Part shown: positions 49,466 through 64,000 of the stretch, piece by piece
Layout: each line of letters opens with the position of its first letter
Numbering within the stretch: the first letter of the stretch is position 1
Source of the DNA: the human T2T-CHM13v2.0 reference genome, Homo sapiens
DNA length: 64,000 nucleotides
Direction: 5' to 3' (one strand)
Assembly: GCF_009914755.1 (NCBI RefSeq)
Contig: NC_060931.1
The notes under the pieces: generated by a model
The model's input: only the letters and a program-made list of their open reading frames with translations
The model's database searches: none
Told to the model about the DNA's origin: nothing
Program-made: the position numbers and the translations under genes

Positions 49466-51640
49466 TAGTTTTAATGGGAAGACTGCACTCAGCAAATCCA
49501 AAATACTAGTGATATGTTCAGCAATTTGGTACTTAATCCCATACCCCACAATACACTTGTGTAGGGTGTTAGACTTCTGTATGTTTACATAATCATAGAG
49601 GATGGGAGGAAAAAGAAAAAGCTGCTATTAGCCTACATGTGGGAATTTTCCTATATATTGTCATCTCCCTTTTAAAAAAGATACATTCATAAACATTGTT
49701 ATTGGCTTAATTAGCTTCGCTCCTCTGAATGTGATTAGAAAATTGACAATAAAATATAAGCTCTCTTTTCTTCCATCCCCCAATTCTGAGGGAAAAGGAG
49801 GGGGAGGGGAGAATGAGGGAGAGTGAAAGGATACAATAAAACTTGAGGCCTGATTGCACATGATGACTACTACTGCTGGCATCAATTCATTCTATTCCAA
49901 TGACAGACTAGTTGATCCTACTGGTGTGGGAAAGATGGCAACCTTGAGACCTGAGCCTTACTCCAGTAGGGTGCCCCCCTATATCTTGTTTGCCCAGGAC
50001 AGTCATGGTGTACATCTGTTATCCTTATGTAATTATTTTCACTCAAAATCATTCCAAGTGGAATGATAAATTATCCTATAGTTATCCTAAATATAAGCCA
50101 TTTTCATCCCAAAGGAAAGAATGCCAAGAAATTGGAATCGTCTGCACTAAGTCCCAGTGTGGGAGAAAGGGGGCATCAACTTTGTTGCCATTTCTTCTTT
50201 CTTAGCAAAGCTCAAATTGATTAGCTTCTCTTTCTTTTGAAGTATCTGCAGTATGATGATTAACTAGAATGAAACCCATGGGAGAACTGAAATAGGCCAT
50301 TCTGAAAATTATTAAAATTAGTTTAGTAGCCACTCAAAACACTGAAGATCTCTGAATAAAAGAATCATTTGCAAAGTGATCAGGAGACTTAACCTGGATG
50401 TTTATAGGAAGCAACTGGGAAAAGACTGAAGGAGTAAAAACGATCAGGTGTAAAGTTCTGTGAGCAATTGAGACAGGAGAAAGAACCAATGACCAAATTG
50501 CAATACCTTTTAGATACCTATCCCATTAACATAATCTGCCTATAACCTATATGCAGCTCTTTGCAGAAAATGAAATCGTTTACTACTTCTGCTCATATTT
50601 GTTCTTTACAGATAATTTTGACAGAAAAGGTAAAGAGAGCAGGATCTAGTTTCATTTGGTACAGCCCATACAGCACAGGAAGAAGTCACAACATCCCAAG
50701 CATATTCATAAATAATAATATAACAGGAGCATCAGTTCTAGAACCAGACTGCCTGGGTTCAAACTTCAGCTTCACATCTTACTAGCTATGTGACCTTGGA
50801 TTTGTTATTAAATCATCTCTTGGTTTCAGTGTCCCCAAGGCCCCAAGTTGCATAATTGCAGGGGAAAACTACTCACGTAGGGTTCTGGTTTCTTATCTGG
50901 AAAATGAAGATAATTTGTAGTATCACTCTTAGGGTTGTAGTGCAGGTTTAATGAGTGAAATTAGTCAGGTACTTATGATAGTGCCTGACATTCATATTAA
51001 AGTCTCAACAAACATTAGCTATTATTGTTATAATATTATTTTTACAATGACTATTATTCTGCAACTAGCATTTCTAATGCAAACACCAGTAAGGTCCCCT
51101 TTTAGCAAAAAAGTTCAGTAACACTGTTGGTGAAACATAAAAGATGCCCAAGAATCATGGCAGATACGGGACTGAAAATATGACAAAAACACAGCAAGCC
51201 ATCTTTGTTTCTGTGTTGTCCAAAGGACCTGAAAAATAATGGTTGGCTAGAAAATTACCTTGAAAGTACCCATGCAAACACACTTCAGCATCATGTTTTA
51301 ATAAATATATTATATATTCAAGAAATGTTTAGAACTGAAAATGTTGTTATAAATCATATTCTATTTCTTTTGCAGCATTAGAAATAGGCCATTCTGAGAA
51401 ACAGGCCAAACTTGCCTCAATGTAGTCATTGAGTTAACAACACTAGAACCATGAGAATGAGAAACCCTGGGCTTCTAACTCCCCCTCTAACACTTCCCCA
51501 CCAGAAGGAGCCTTCTTGCACTCTAACCTCTAAGAATCCACCTTATTTAATATTTATTTAGTATTCATGTTACAGCTCTATGAGGGGAGAAATATACTGG
51601 AAAGAAGGAAAAATACCATTTTTTTCTCATTCTGAGCAAA

Positions 51641-51655
51641 TGTGCGCATGCGCGT

Positions 51656-51705
<50 letters not shown>

Positions 51706-51712
51706 ATACACA
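51641..51712. repeat. (CA)n microsatellite with alternating purine-pyrimidine flanks
   Basis: Direct read. Confidence 0.95.
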
Positions 51713-51820
51713 AAACCCCACAAGAGTATAGTACTATCTATGAAGGAAAGAGATACCACGTTAAATTTAACCAAGTATTTAGGAATGACAGGGAGCTAGG
51801 AAGGCGAAAACACATGTAAT

Positions 51821-51826
51821 TTTATT
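51821..51826 (-). terminator. NDUFA5: NDUFA5 polyadenylation signal AATAAA (about 1.1 kb 3' UTR); further distal candidates at 47.8-48.0 kb
   Basis: tttatt on the + strand; a (TG)n tract lies downstream on the minus strand. Confidence 0.65.
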
Positions 51827-52886
51827 TTTGTTTAACCTTAAGCTTGCCAACTTCTTTCCCTGAACAGCATTTGTCTTGTTTTGATACCCACCTACACTTA
51901 TATTAGAAACGTACTGCAAACTATTTAGTGACTCCACTTTTAATTTATGGTCGTATGACTAAGATGTTTTGAATATAAGCCTATCCGTATGCCAGATATA
52001 AATTTCAGGAACTCTTAATGTCTCTTCTTTTACAGAAACTCTACCTCTATCCTGATGTAATTAGGTTGATTAAGAAAATTAAAGGCCACGGGCCAGAAAA
52101 CTAACTTCCACAAATGCAACAAAAGGAAAATTTCTCCAATAACCTGTATGCAATGGGAAATCTTTCTTTTAAGTACCAAGTCAATTTCTTTAACTGTACA
52201 ATGTATTCTAATTTGAAGGTTTTCAAATATAATACAGTAACAACAAAATATAATAAAATTAAGACTATAAGAAAACAGAGTAAATGGTATAATTCAATAA
52301 TGACTAAAATAAAATGACACTATGGATTTTGTAATCAACCTATAATTATCTATTTAAATTTCACTTTACATACATAAGATCACAGCTGAGGTTAACCATA
52401 ATTTCAAATTTTATCACCAGCCACTTGTGCTATTTTATCACATTTGAAAATATTCACTCGTATTATTTACTTCAAACAGTAATCTATAAATTTGTTTAGA
52501 CTATAATAATTAAGGACCTTTCCTTCTTCAGGATAACTTAAAAAATTAAATGATGTATTGAACATACTACTAAAGAAAGTTTACTTTTTGATTATGGTCT
52601 CTGCATTGAAAATCTGTAGGAATTTTTCTTTAATAATTTTCAAATCTTCCCATGGCCTCTCTGTTCACAGAAATATCATCTTTGAAACAACTTGTGTGAG
52701 TACTTTATAAATCAAAAATTGATTCACATGACCATATTACCATAATCACCAATTTTAACAGTCTCCTACATATTTTCTATATCACTTTTCTTGATTACAA
52801 AATGTCAGTAATAAGAACACGCTCTTAATATAACAGAATATTTAATTACATCAGTTTCCCATGAACACACCAAAGTCACTTAATAA

Positions 52887-52991
<105 letters not shown>

Positions 52992-54983
52992 TTAATACAA
53001 ATTTTTTAAAAGATCATTGGATTTTACTCTTCAACAGATATTTATCAGAACAACTGAAATTTAACTATTAGTTACTACTTTCATTTAATATCTCATAATC
53101 TATTCCACCATCAAATGTTGAATATTAAGTAATTAAATTACCTTAATTCTCACATCTACATAATCAGGAGTAAGAAAGGATATCTTTTGTTATCTTCTAT
53201 TTGATTGAAATAGGCTATAGTGTTTAAAAGTTTAGCTGGTGAGGTTTTTTATCTTAATAATATTTCACAAGTTTTTTGAGCATCAGAAGTATGTCTTTTC
53301 ATCTATGTCAGTGGCTTTCAAACTTTATTTTACCATGGCCCACAGTAAGAAAATATGTTTTATTTTGAGTTCCACAATACAAACATATAACTAAAACTTT
53401 TTAAATTATTATCTTTACTGGCAGTGATATATTCTTTTTTCTATTGTGTTTTTTTAAGCTAATCACTATCCAACTAACTGATTCCATGACCCACAGTCAC
53501 TTGAGACCCAGAGTTTATAAAACAGTGATCTATGGAATGTAGAACACAATACATGTATAATTAATATTTACTAACTGAGTAAATTCCTTAATCAAATTAT
53601 GTTTCATTTAATTTTTCCTTTCAAACACAACTTATATTTAACACACACATTTTAGGTAGCTTTTTATTTCATATTTTTTCTACAACAAACAATATTTATG
53701 ACAACTCTAGCCAACTTATAAGATGAATACTATTAAACACCTGTCAGGATGTTAGAAAAGAAATTCAAACACAGAATAAGCGCTCAGATTATATTCAAGG
53801 TAATTATTATTACACAGTTAAAAGATAATACCCCATCTATGACAGCGGTCCCAAAAGTCAATCTATGTTTACAAGCAACTATAAAAAACAATGAGTTAAA
53901 GAGCAGATGAATGGAAATCAGGGGTAGAGGTATTACTAATGCCAAAAGGAGAAAATAATTTAAATACTGATAAAATATTTCCTAAGGTTGCCCTGGGTCT
54001 CACGAACATCCAATGCTTTCTCAATCTCCCCCAGCCATTATAGGGCATGAGGAGGTCACCTAGGCCTCATTCATCCTTGAGAATCAGCCCTATCTCAGGA
54101 ACCTGGACCCAGCTGCACCTGGCCCCTGATGCCTATTTCCTCCTTTCTGACACACCATCATACCATCCATCTAGAAATGGGACTGTCTAATATGTTAGCC
54201 ACTACCCATACATGGCTACTGGGGACTTGAAATGCAGCTAGTCCAAATTCAGATGTGCTGCAAAGTGTAAAATACATACCAGATTTTGATGACTTCATAT
54301 AAAAAAGAATGTAAAATATCTCAATATTTTTATGATTATATTTAAATAATATACTACATATACTGAGTTAAAAAAATACTAAAATTAATTTACCCTTAAT
54401 ACTGACCATGAAAACATGGGGAACTGCACAGCTGACTTAAAAATACTTAATATGCCTTAAAACTTAATTCCATGAAAAATTGATGTATCAACTAAATAAA
54501 GTCATGATCAAAGTGAAATCAGGTGGTACAGAAAAGAGAAATAGGTATAGGGCAACAGTATAAGGTTTGCGGCAAGTTCCCATAACACTGTATCTAGTAC
54601 CACAGCCAACCTGACGAATATAAAGGCCAGGTAAACAGGCCTTTGAATAACTGAAACAGTCTACATTCATAGAAAGCTGTCTGAATGCTATATTCCTCTT
54701 TTTCCAGAGCCATCTAACAATTCTTTTGATTTGGTATATCATGTCTGTTGGTGATATACCTCCCTAATCTCCAATATTATCCAATATTTCCTTTTATCTG
54801 TCCTTCAATCAACAGTAAGAAAACATTAGAAAGGGTTACATTTGAAAAAAGATGCAACAAAATAAAATTAAATGAAACAATTGAATATTTATCAGACACT
54901 TATAAGATGAAGACATTCTAAACCTATAATATGAGGGTTGTAGGGGTGTGGAACAACAAAATTTCACCAAATAAAAAAAATTT

Positions 54984-55288
<305 letters not shown>

Positions 55289-55525
55289 TTGAAAACCTCT
55301 ACATATGGGGGAAAAACCCCATTTGAGAGGCAAAAGCAGGCTAGAAAAAGTATGTGCAGACAATGTCAGAAAAGTTTAAGGTTAATATCTTTTATTATAA
55401 AAAGACACTCATGTATAAATAACACAGACTAAATGACACAGTAAAAATATTAATGACATAATTTATAAAATATAAGAACATATTTTTAAAGTTTAACCTT
55501 ACTAGCAATTGGAGAAAAAAGATGC

Positions 55526-55557
<32 letters not shown>

Positions 55558-56378
55558 GAGTTATCATTATTTTCCCATAGATGCTTTAAAAAACCAACTA
55601 CGGAATACTCAAAATAGTATATTTCCAGCCTATTTACATCAGTAACCTATCTATTTCTATAACCTAACTATGACCAAAGGAAAAGAATTAAAATTCAGAT
55701 TAAATAAAACTAAACTGTGGTGTTTGTTCTCTTGTATAAGCAGCAGGTATAGTGAGAGGAGAAGAAAATTTCCCAATAGAATAATTTAAGATTTAAATAT
55801 TCTAAATGTAATTAATAATGTTAATAATTTTTCTAATCTCAGTCTCTTCATAATCATGCTTACATTTTACTACTCAATATTATTTGTCAGGGTTAGTATT
55901 TGGGAAATAATGTAGAATTAAGCTCTCAAATATACTATGCAATTGTTTTTTAACTTGCTCAAATGCTCAAGAACCAAAAATAAAAATAAAAGTACATTTT
56001 AATTTTATAATTCAAAATGTCTGTATTTTTCCCTACTAAAAATATGCCACACTCTTAAAATAAGATACAACTATTAAAACAACAGTAATATTGTGCTACC
56101 AATTTAAACTAAGGTTAGGCCAAGGAGAACATGCTAATTAAATTAAAAGAGTGTCAAACTCCAGGCTTCTAACAGAAGTCTCATAAATTCATGCTATAAT
56201 CAACAATAAATACTATAATCAACATACACATGAGAAGCACCACATTTTCTATATGTGATTAGTCTTACATATTTGACGAGTTGATATAAACAAGGAAATT
56301 TAGTTTTCCTTTCATTCTAGAACGTCAGTTGTGTGTCTCTATGAAACCAAACACCTAAATAGTCAACTTTTTCTTTAC

Positions 56379-56444
56379 CTGAAGAATCACCTCTTCTAAT
56401 TGACCGCCTTGAAGTTGGTCTTCTAATTTTTTAACATCTGGTTC
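56379..56444 (-). CDS. NDUFA5: NDUFA5 exon 4 (EPDVKKLEDQLQGGQLEEVILQ)
   Basis: ttatag| acceptor, CAG|gtaaag donor, 66 nt. Confidence 0.95.
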
Positions 56445-57576
56445 CTATAATTTCAGGGAGAAAAAAAATTAAAGAAGCATACTAACTGAATGTTTCAATA
56501 TCCTATATATTTTAAAATTCCTATATAAAAACACTTAAAAATACAACTTTTCTTTCATCATACTCTTTTTACTAAATATTTGGTGAAAATTCATTTCACC
56601 TCTGCTATTTCATTGCTTTTCTGTCTTAATATTGAAAAGTGCTAAATGTTTATTGACATGCTGATCAAGGGACAGAAATACAATGTCAAATTCAGTCTTC
56701 CTAAAACAGATTTTAAAATATGACTTTGCTTTCTTAATATTTCCTGTATTTCCTCTGAGAGCATTAGAATTAGAAATAAATGCTACTCTATGACCCAGAA
56801 ATTACACTTCTAGGCATAATGCCAAACAGAAATGCATAATATATTTTTTAAAAAACATGTTTGAGAATATTCACAGCAGCACAAATTATAGCCCCAAACT
56901 AGAAATAACCCAAATGATCATCTGTAATAGAATGGATCAATTAATTATAATATTTGGATATAATACTTCACAGCAATGAAAATGAATAAACTGTATGCAA
57001 CAATATAGGTGATTCTCTTAACCACAGTATTAAGCACAAGCCAGAGTACAGTATGTATAAGACAGTACATACTAATGATTTCATTTATATAAAATTCAAA
57101 AACAGGCAAAAAGAAGTCCAAATAGAGATTAACTTTACAAGTAGTAAATTGAAGGGGAAGAGGCAAGGGTTTTGTTGTTCTGGAAAAGTCCTTTTTTTCT
57201 ACACATTTGTAATGTATATAATTATTTAATAGAAGTTTTTAAGAACAAAATGTTAATAAATATAGTACCTAGAACATTCAATGACATTTAGTTATTTTCT
57301 AGTAAACTGAGCTTTTTGAGCCAGAAATCATGCTCTGTAAATATACCCACATATGTAAATAAGGCTTTGTCTTTTCAGGGTGTTTTTCTGGCCAATAAAT
57401 GGAATAAAGAGGGAGAAAATAATACATTTTGCTTTTCAACACAAGACGTGATATGTTACTGCCTCAGGGTATCTTGCTGGATGGCCCAGGGTATCTGCAT
57501 CACTTGTTTCTTCACCACTTTTCAAATCTTTGCTCAAATAACACCTTCTTATTGATTAACTACTGATAATTTGCAT

Positions 57577-58037
57577 TATGATAGGCTGAAAAATACCACA
57601 AAAGATATACATGTATTAATTTCTAGAAACTGTGAGTGTTACTTTATACAGCAAAGACTTCACATATATGATCAAGTTAAGGATGCTGACATGGGGAGAT
57701 TTTCCTGAATTATCCATATAGTCCCTAACTGCAATTATAAGTGTCCTTATAAGAGAGAGGCAGAGGGATATTACACACAGAAAAGGAAAAGGTAATGTAA
57801 CCACAAAGGCAGAAATTGCAGTGATGAGACCACAAGCCAATAAATGCCAAAAGCCACCAGAAGCTGAAAGAGGCAAGAACAGATTCTACCCAATATCCTC
57901 CAAAGGAAGCACAGCCCTGACAACACCATCTTGATTTGGGTCCCTGATGTTGATTTCCAACTTCTGGCCTCCAGAAGTCTAATAAAATAAACTTACATTG
58001 TTTTAAGCCACCAAGTTTGTGGGAATATTACAGCAGC
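57577..58037 (+). mobile_element. MLT1-type solo LTR
   Basis: MLT1 motifs. Confidence 0.72.
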
Positions 58038-59630
58038 CATACGAAATTAATACATAGTGTAACATCCCCTATCCCCACCATGGCACACATTTTCCTTGTT
58101 TTATTTTCCTTCACTGCACTTACTATTTTCTAACACACTATGTACGTCTTTACTCAGTTTTTACTTTTTTTTTTTCTTTTGGTCTCCCATCACTAACATG
58201 TAATCTCCAAGAAGGAAAGGATTTTTATCTGTTTTGTGCCAACTAGGCACAAGTTTCCATGCCTAGAACCATACATGGCATTCAATAAATGTTTCTTGGT
58301 TAAAGAAGTGAATACATAAAAAACAGCTGAAAGGGGGAGAAAAGGGGAAAAAGTAATAAGCATGTTTAAGACAGATTATTTAACAGGGAATTAACTCATA
58401 TGAGAGACCAAAAATCAAAAACAAAACAGGGAAGCTGGTCACTGTTATAAGAGACTCAGGAGAGTGAAGGTAAAGAAGGCAAGGAAAGTTCAACGACACT
58501 TTCATTTCAGAAAAAGCCTGTGTTAGGTGAACAGTTCAAAATTTGTCTTACCGATAGTGAATAATGTGATTTTTAGTCACCAATGGCATAATGCTATTAA
58601 ACTTGATAAGGTACCATGTACTGAATGCTCACTATATACTTGGGACTATGTTAAGCTTTTACGTGCATTACCTCATTCGGTTCTAACAAAAAGTGTTCGA
58701 GGTGGGTATTATTATACCCACGTTATAGATGATGAAATTGAGACCGAGAAAACTAGCAATATGCCAAGTCACTCCACAAATAAGTATTAGAACTAAGATG
58801 AAAATCTTGGACAGGGACACAAACAACGCTTTTCACCAAAATAGTACTATCTCCCTAGTAATAATCTGAAAAAAAAAGTTACTTTTATTTCCACCTTAGG
58901 CTTAGTAAATAGATATTTTATAATAATGGCAATATTCACTAAAGATTTTGTGTGTGGCTGTATGCAGGGTTAAAAATCTGTGATAATTTTACCAAAAACA
59001 GGAATCAGAGATACAACTGTTAAGTGTTTGGGGTTATATCTAGCCTTTGGGATAAAGACACATTTCTAAGGAACCTTATGTTCCAGGTACCATGCTAGAG
59101 TCTAAGGATACAAAGTTGAATCCAATATCATTAACAAGTAGCTTATGGCTGGTGGAGACATAATACAGCATGAAGGTACAATGGAAAGGAGGTAACAAAG
59201 TTGTCAAACTCTACTTAAGAAAGTAAGAAAAGGTTTCACAGAAGAAGTGATGATTTATGAAGAAAAAGTAAGAACTACCAAACAACGTAAAGGCATTCCA
59301 GGAAATGAGAAAATACAAATGAACACAAAAATAAAAATGCAAGGAATCCACAGAACTGCCAGCAGTTTGGTACTGCTTAAGTATAGAGTATAAAACAGGA
59401 AGCAACAGGATCAGATTGAGAAAATAACCAAGAGCCAGAACTTAGAAGGCCTTCTATACCATGTTTTTACCCTGTTAGGCCAGTGGTTCCCAAACATGGC
59501 CACACATCAAAATCATGCAGATAAAGGTAGCTAAGCAAGCTTCATACAACCAGCTCAACATAAATCCTTAAACTCAGCCTTTGAGAAACACTGAACAGAA
59601 AACCACAGTAAGATTTTAAGCAAGACAGCA

Positions 59631-59941
59631 CAGTTGGCCCTCAGGATCTGCATCTGTGGATTCAACTAAGAATGGATTCAACCAACCACAGATGGAAAAT
59701 ATTCAAAAAAACACAATAAAAATAACAATACAGCAATTTTTAAAATACAGTATAACTACTTACACAGCATTACATTGTAGTATTATAAGTAACCTAGAGA
59801 TGATTTAAAGTATACAAGAGGATGTGCATAGGTTATATGCAAATACTATGCCATTTTATATAAGGGACTTGAGCATCCTTGTATTTTGGCATCCATGGGA
59901 ATCCTGGAACCAATCCCTCATGGATACCAAGGGACAACTGT
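59631..59941. mobile_element. MER2-like DNA transposon
   Basis: Inverted termini CAGTTGGCCCT...AGGGACAACTG. Confidence 0.75.
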
Positions 59942-60259
59942 ACCATCACAAGATTTACATATTGAAAAAAAAATCAGTCTATTATTGGCTGTATGGTGGA
60001 GCATGTAATGAAGTATAATGGAAGTACAAACAGATCAATTAGTTATAAGGCAGTTTAAATAGCAGAGAAAAGGATTTTGGAACCAGTAAGTAAAGAAGTA
60101 TGAGAGTAAACTCTTCTTTGGTTGAAACTGGCTATGGGAGAAAACAAAAATAGGACAATAAGTAAAGGAAAATACAAGCATACAGTTTTTTTTATTTTTA
60201 AGATAGGAACAAGCTAAAAACATTTGAGGCTATTTGAAAGATGATGATAAAATAGGTGA

Positions 60260-60545
60260 GGCACCGGGTGCAGGTAGCTCATGCCTGTGATCCCAGCACT
60301 TTGGAAGGCTAAGGCAGGAAGGTCACTTGAAGCCAGGAGCTTGAGATCAGCTAGGGCAACACAGTGAAACTCCGCCTCTACAAAAAATTTTAAAAATTAG
60401 CTGGGCATGATGGTGAGTGCCTGTGGTCTCAGCTACTTGGGAGGCTGAGGTAGGAGGATTGCTTGAGACTGGCAGGTCAAGGCTGCAGTGAGCTGTGATC
60501 GTGCCACTGCACTCTAGACTGGGTAACAGAGTGAGACCCATCATA
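60260..60545 (+). mobile_element. AluJ
   Basis: Diverged Alu consensus. Confidence 0.9.
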
Positions 60546-61228
60546 TAATACAATACAAAATACGATATAATACAAACTGCATTGTTTTGTTGCATACCTA
60601 ACGAAAGATAGGAATTCTCTTTGAACTATATAGTCTGGTAATCTAATAAGAAGAAATATATGTGACTAGGATCACTTATGCATGTATATAAATTACCTTC
60701 AGAGTTTCTAAGCACTATTTTAGATAATTACATAAAGTCCATTTAATGATTGCTAGTGTGAAAATTTAACAATAGTACAATATAGTTTGGTATGAATCAG
60801 CAGTCTAGACTTTTATTAACTGCTACTTAATAACAGTCTAGTCTTTTTGACAGGTTTCTTTGAAAAAAAAATGCCCTTTTTTGTTTTGCTTTTATTGTTC
60901 TCTAAGATTAGAAAAAGGAGATCAAGATTGATATATCCAAGATAAAAAGCAAAAGATCAATAAAGGACTAAATAGTGAAGAGAGGTAAAAGGAACAGCTA
61001 CAATGTTACTTCAAGGAAGGATCTGATCCTAGTCTCAAACTCCAGTATGTAACAGAGGCCTGCATATAGAAAACACTCAATAAACAAGAGTTTGCTGAAT
61101 AAAAGGGAGGAATGATGGGAAAAGAGCATTCAAGGAAGGAGAATAGAAGAAAAGTGTGTCGAATATATAAAAAATAAGGAACTAAACTTTTTTGGTTAAA
61201 TGTTACACAAGACAACAAAACTGACTTA

Positions 61229-61405
<177 letters not shown>

Positions 61406-61627
61406 TTAATGGAACACTTGTCTCAAAGACAAAACAAACAAAACTCACATCTGTTTTTTTTTTTTGCTTTTTTTTTTTAATTTAACTCTTCTTTGCTCTG
61501 ACTTCTTTATGTCTGTGCCCTATCTACACCCTTTATAACTTAGGAAAAACCTGTATATAAACATGGGAACATTCTGTATTTTCTGTGTATAACAAGTTCT
61601 AGATAAGTCAAAGGTATGATAACAAGT

Positions 61628-62288
<661 letters not shown>

Positions 62289-62972
62289 AAAGTGAGGTCC
62301 GAAGCACTGCAAATTTTTTTTTTTAATTTTTCTTATTTGAATTTCTGTAGAAATAAACACATATAATCATTACATCTGTATGATCAAATTTAACTAAATA
62401 CGGTCATAATACTTCAGTGTTCTTGCTTCTGATTATGAATGAGTTACGACATAAAGTCTGCATAAAAGGCTCAACCGAAAAAGTAGCAAGAGAATTGAGT
62501 CAATGCATAGCATGTACTGAAGCACACTGAACTTAAACTTCAGTATAGAAATCAGTAAGAAGTTGATCCTCTCCAATTTAAATATATAATGCATATATTA
62601 GTTTTTAATATAGCATTTTAATTAAGTTTTAATATGATCTAAAATTCAGGTTTTAAATTTTCATCTTTCCTGACAAAAATGTATCAGTGTCTAGAGAAAT
62701 ACAGATGAGAACAGGGGACTATTAATATAGAATAAAAGAAAAAATGTTATCAATAGGGTGGACACTTAGTTTATCATCCAAACTTGGACACTTATAACAG
62801 TGAAAAGATACCTATTAATCATTACGCCAAAACACAGGTATGAACCAGAACAGTTGAAACAAACAAGACATGATCACTCCAGGAGTAAGTCTCAATAATT
62901 ACAAGTATACAAACCCTTCTCCTAAAGAGCAACCTTTTTTTTCAATTAAAAAAAAAAAATGTGTGCAGTCCT

Positions 62973-63428
62973 CACTATTCATAATAGCAAAGACTTGGAA
63001 CCAACCCAAATGCCCAGTGATAGACTGGATAAAGAAAATATGACACATATACAACATGGAATACTATGCAGCCATAAAAAAGGATGAGCTCATATCCTTT
63101 GCAGGGAAATGGATGAAGCTGGAAACCATCATTCTCAGCAAACTAACACAAGAACAGAAAACCAAACATCACATGTTCTCACTCATAAGTGAGAGTTGAA
63201 CAATGAGAACACATGGACACAGGGAGGGGAACATCACACACTGGGGCCTGTCAGTGGGTGGGGGGCCAGGGGAGGGATAGCATTAGGAGAAATACCTAAT
63301 GTAGATGACGGGTTGATGGGTGCGGCAAACCACCATGGCACGTGTATACCTATGTAACAAACCTGCACGTTCTGCACATGTACCCCAGAACTTAAAGTAT
63401 AACTAAAAAAAAAAAAAAAAAAAAAAAA
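62973..63428 (+). mobile_element. 5'-truncated L1PA (PA7-like) 3' end
   Basis: L1 3' UTR and poly(A); TSD ending TGTGTGCAGTCCT on both sides. Confidence 0.92.
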
Positions 63429-63442
63429 TTGTGTGCAGTCCT

Positions 63443-63835
63443 AATAAGGGAACAGGGTAAAGCAAAAATAAAAAAGCAGATAAGCTAGAAGTCCACCTTT
63501 CTTCATGGTCCAGGACACACAGTCCTCCTCCACAAATAACTCACAATCTTCCTGTGCCCAGCTATCATCAGACCCTCGCCTGATAGCTCATTGCAACCTA
63601 GGTGTTATCAGTACTGCACAAAGCTCTCTTCAGCCCACAGCACAAGCACCATCCTTTAAGATCCCCAGCAAGCCTTTGCTACTTGCATTCAGCTCCTCTT
63701 TTGCTGACTTGCCAATAGCTTTCTTGCAATGTATTTTCATACTTTCTCTAATAAATCTGCCTTTCTTTACCTCAAATGTCTTGGTAAATTATTTTTACCA
63801 CCACGCAACACCAGCCCCAGACAGTCGCTACCCGC
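63443..63835 (+). mobile_element. ERV1 LTR (MER50-like)
   Basis: LTR-like sequence with AATAAA near the 3' end. Confidence 0.55.
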
Positions 63836-63937
63836 GAAAAAATATACTCAGTACTTCCATGTACAATACCACACTGTTTGCGTATAAAGATAGACTGGAC
63901 ATGGATCACACTCCAATATGTTTAAGGTACTATCGAG

Positions 63938-64000
63938 TGTACTTATCTGTTCTCATGCTGCTAATAGAGACATACCTGAGACTGGGTGATTTATAAAGGA
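63938..64000 (-). mobile_element. THE1-like LTR (truncated by the window edge)
   Basis: TCTGTTCTCATGCTGCTAATA.AGACATACCTGAGACTGGG motif. Confidence 0.7.

Noticed and set aside
54488-54742. 84-aa minus-strand ORF in NDUFA5 intron 4
   Set aside because: No recognisable homology or convincing splice context.

Overview
Human (primate) genomic DNA that I recognise as the IQUB-NDUFA5 locus (7q31). Both genes lie on the minus strand. IQUB non-coding exon 1 and its CpG/RFX promoter sit near 45.3 kb, and coding exons 2-7 run from 23109 down to 7461, with the gene continuing left of the window. NDUFA5 exons 3-5 and its 3' UTR run from 61354 to about 51800. The rest is interspersed repeats: Alus, old L1M/L2/MIR, a MER41 solo LTR, an intact LTR-int-LTR MST provirus and a near full-length dead L1PA2/3. 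The most unusual element is a ~3.7 kb L1-mediated retrocopy of an apparently non-coding RNA (about 40242-43955) in IQUB intron 1. It has a TSD, AATAAA plus poly(A), and splits an old L1M. It carries a second CpG island 1.3 kb inside the gene, a sense poly(A) site, and inverted Alus with possible fossil A-to-I edits. Other notable structures are a compound inverted-repeat repair scar at 30.6-31.1 kb, a convergent CTCF motif pair, a G-rich two-period minisatellite at the IQUB promoter, and LC8-type TQT motifs in IQUB. Repeat family names and boundaries are by eye and approximate.
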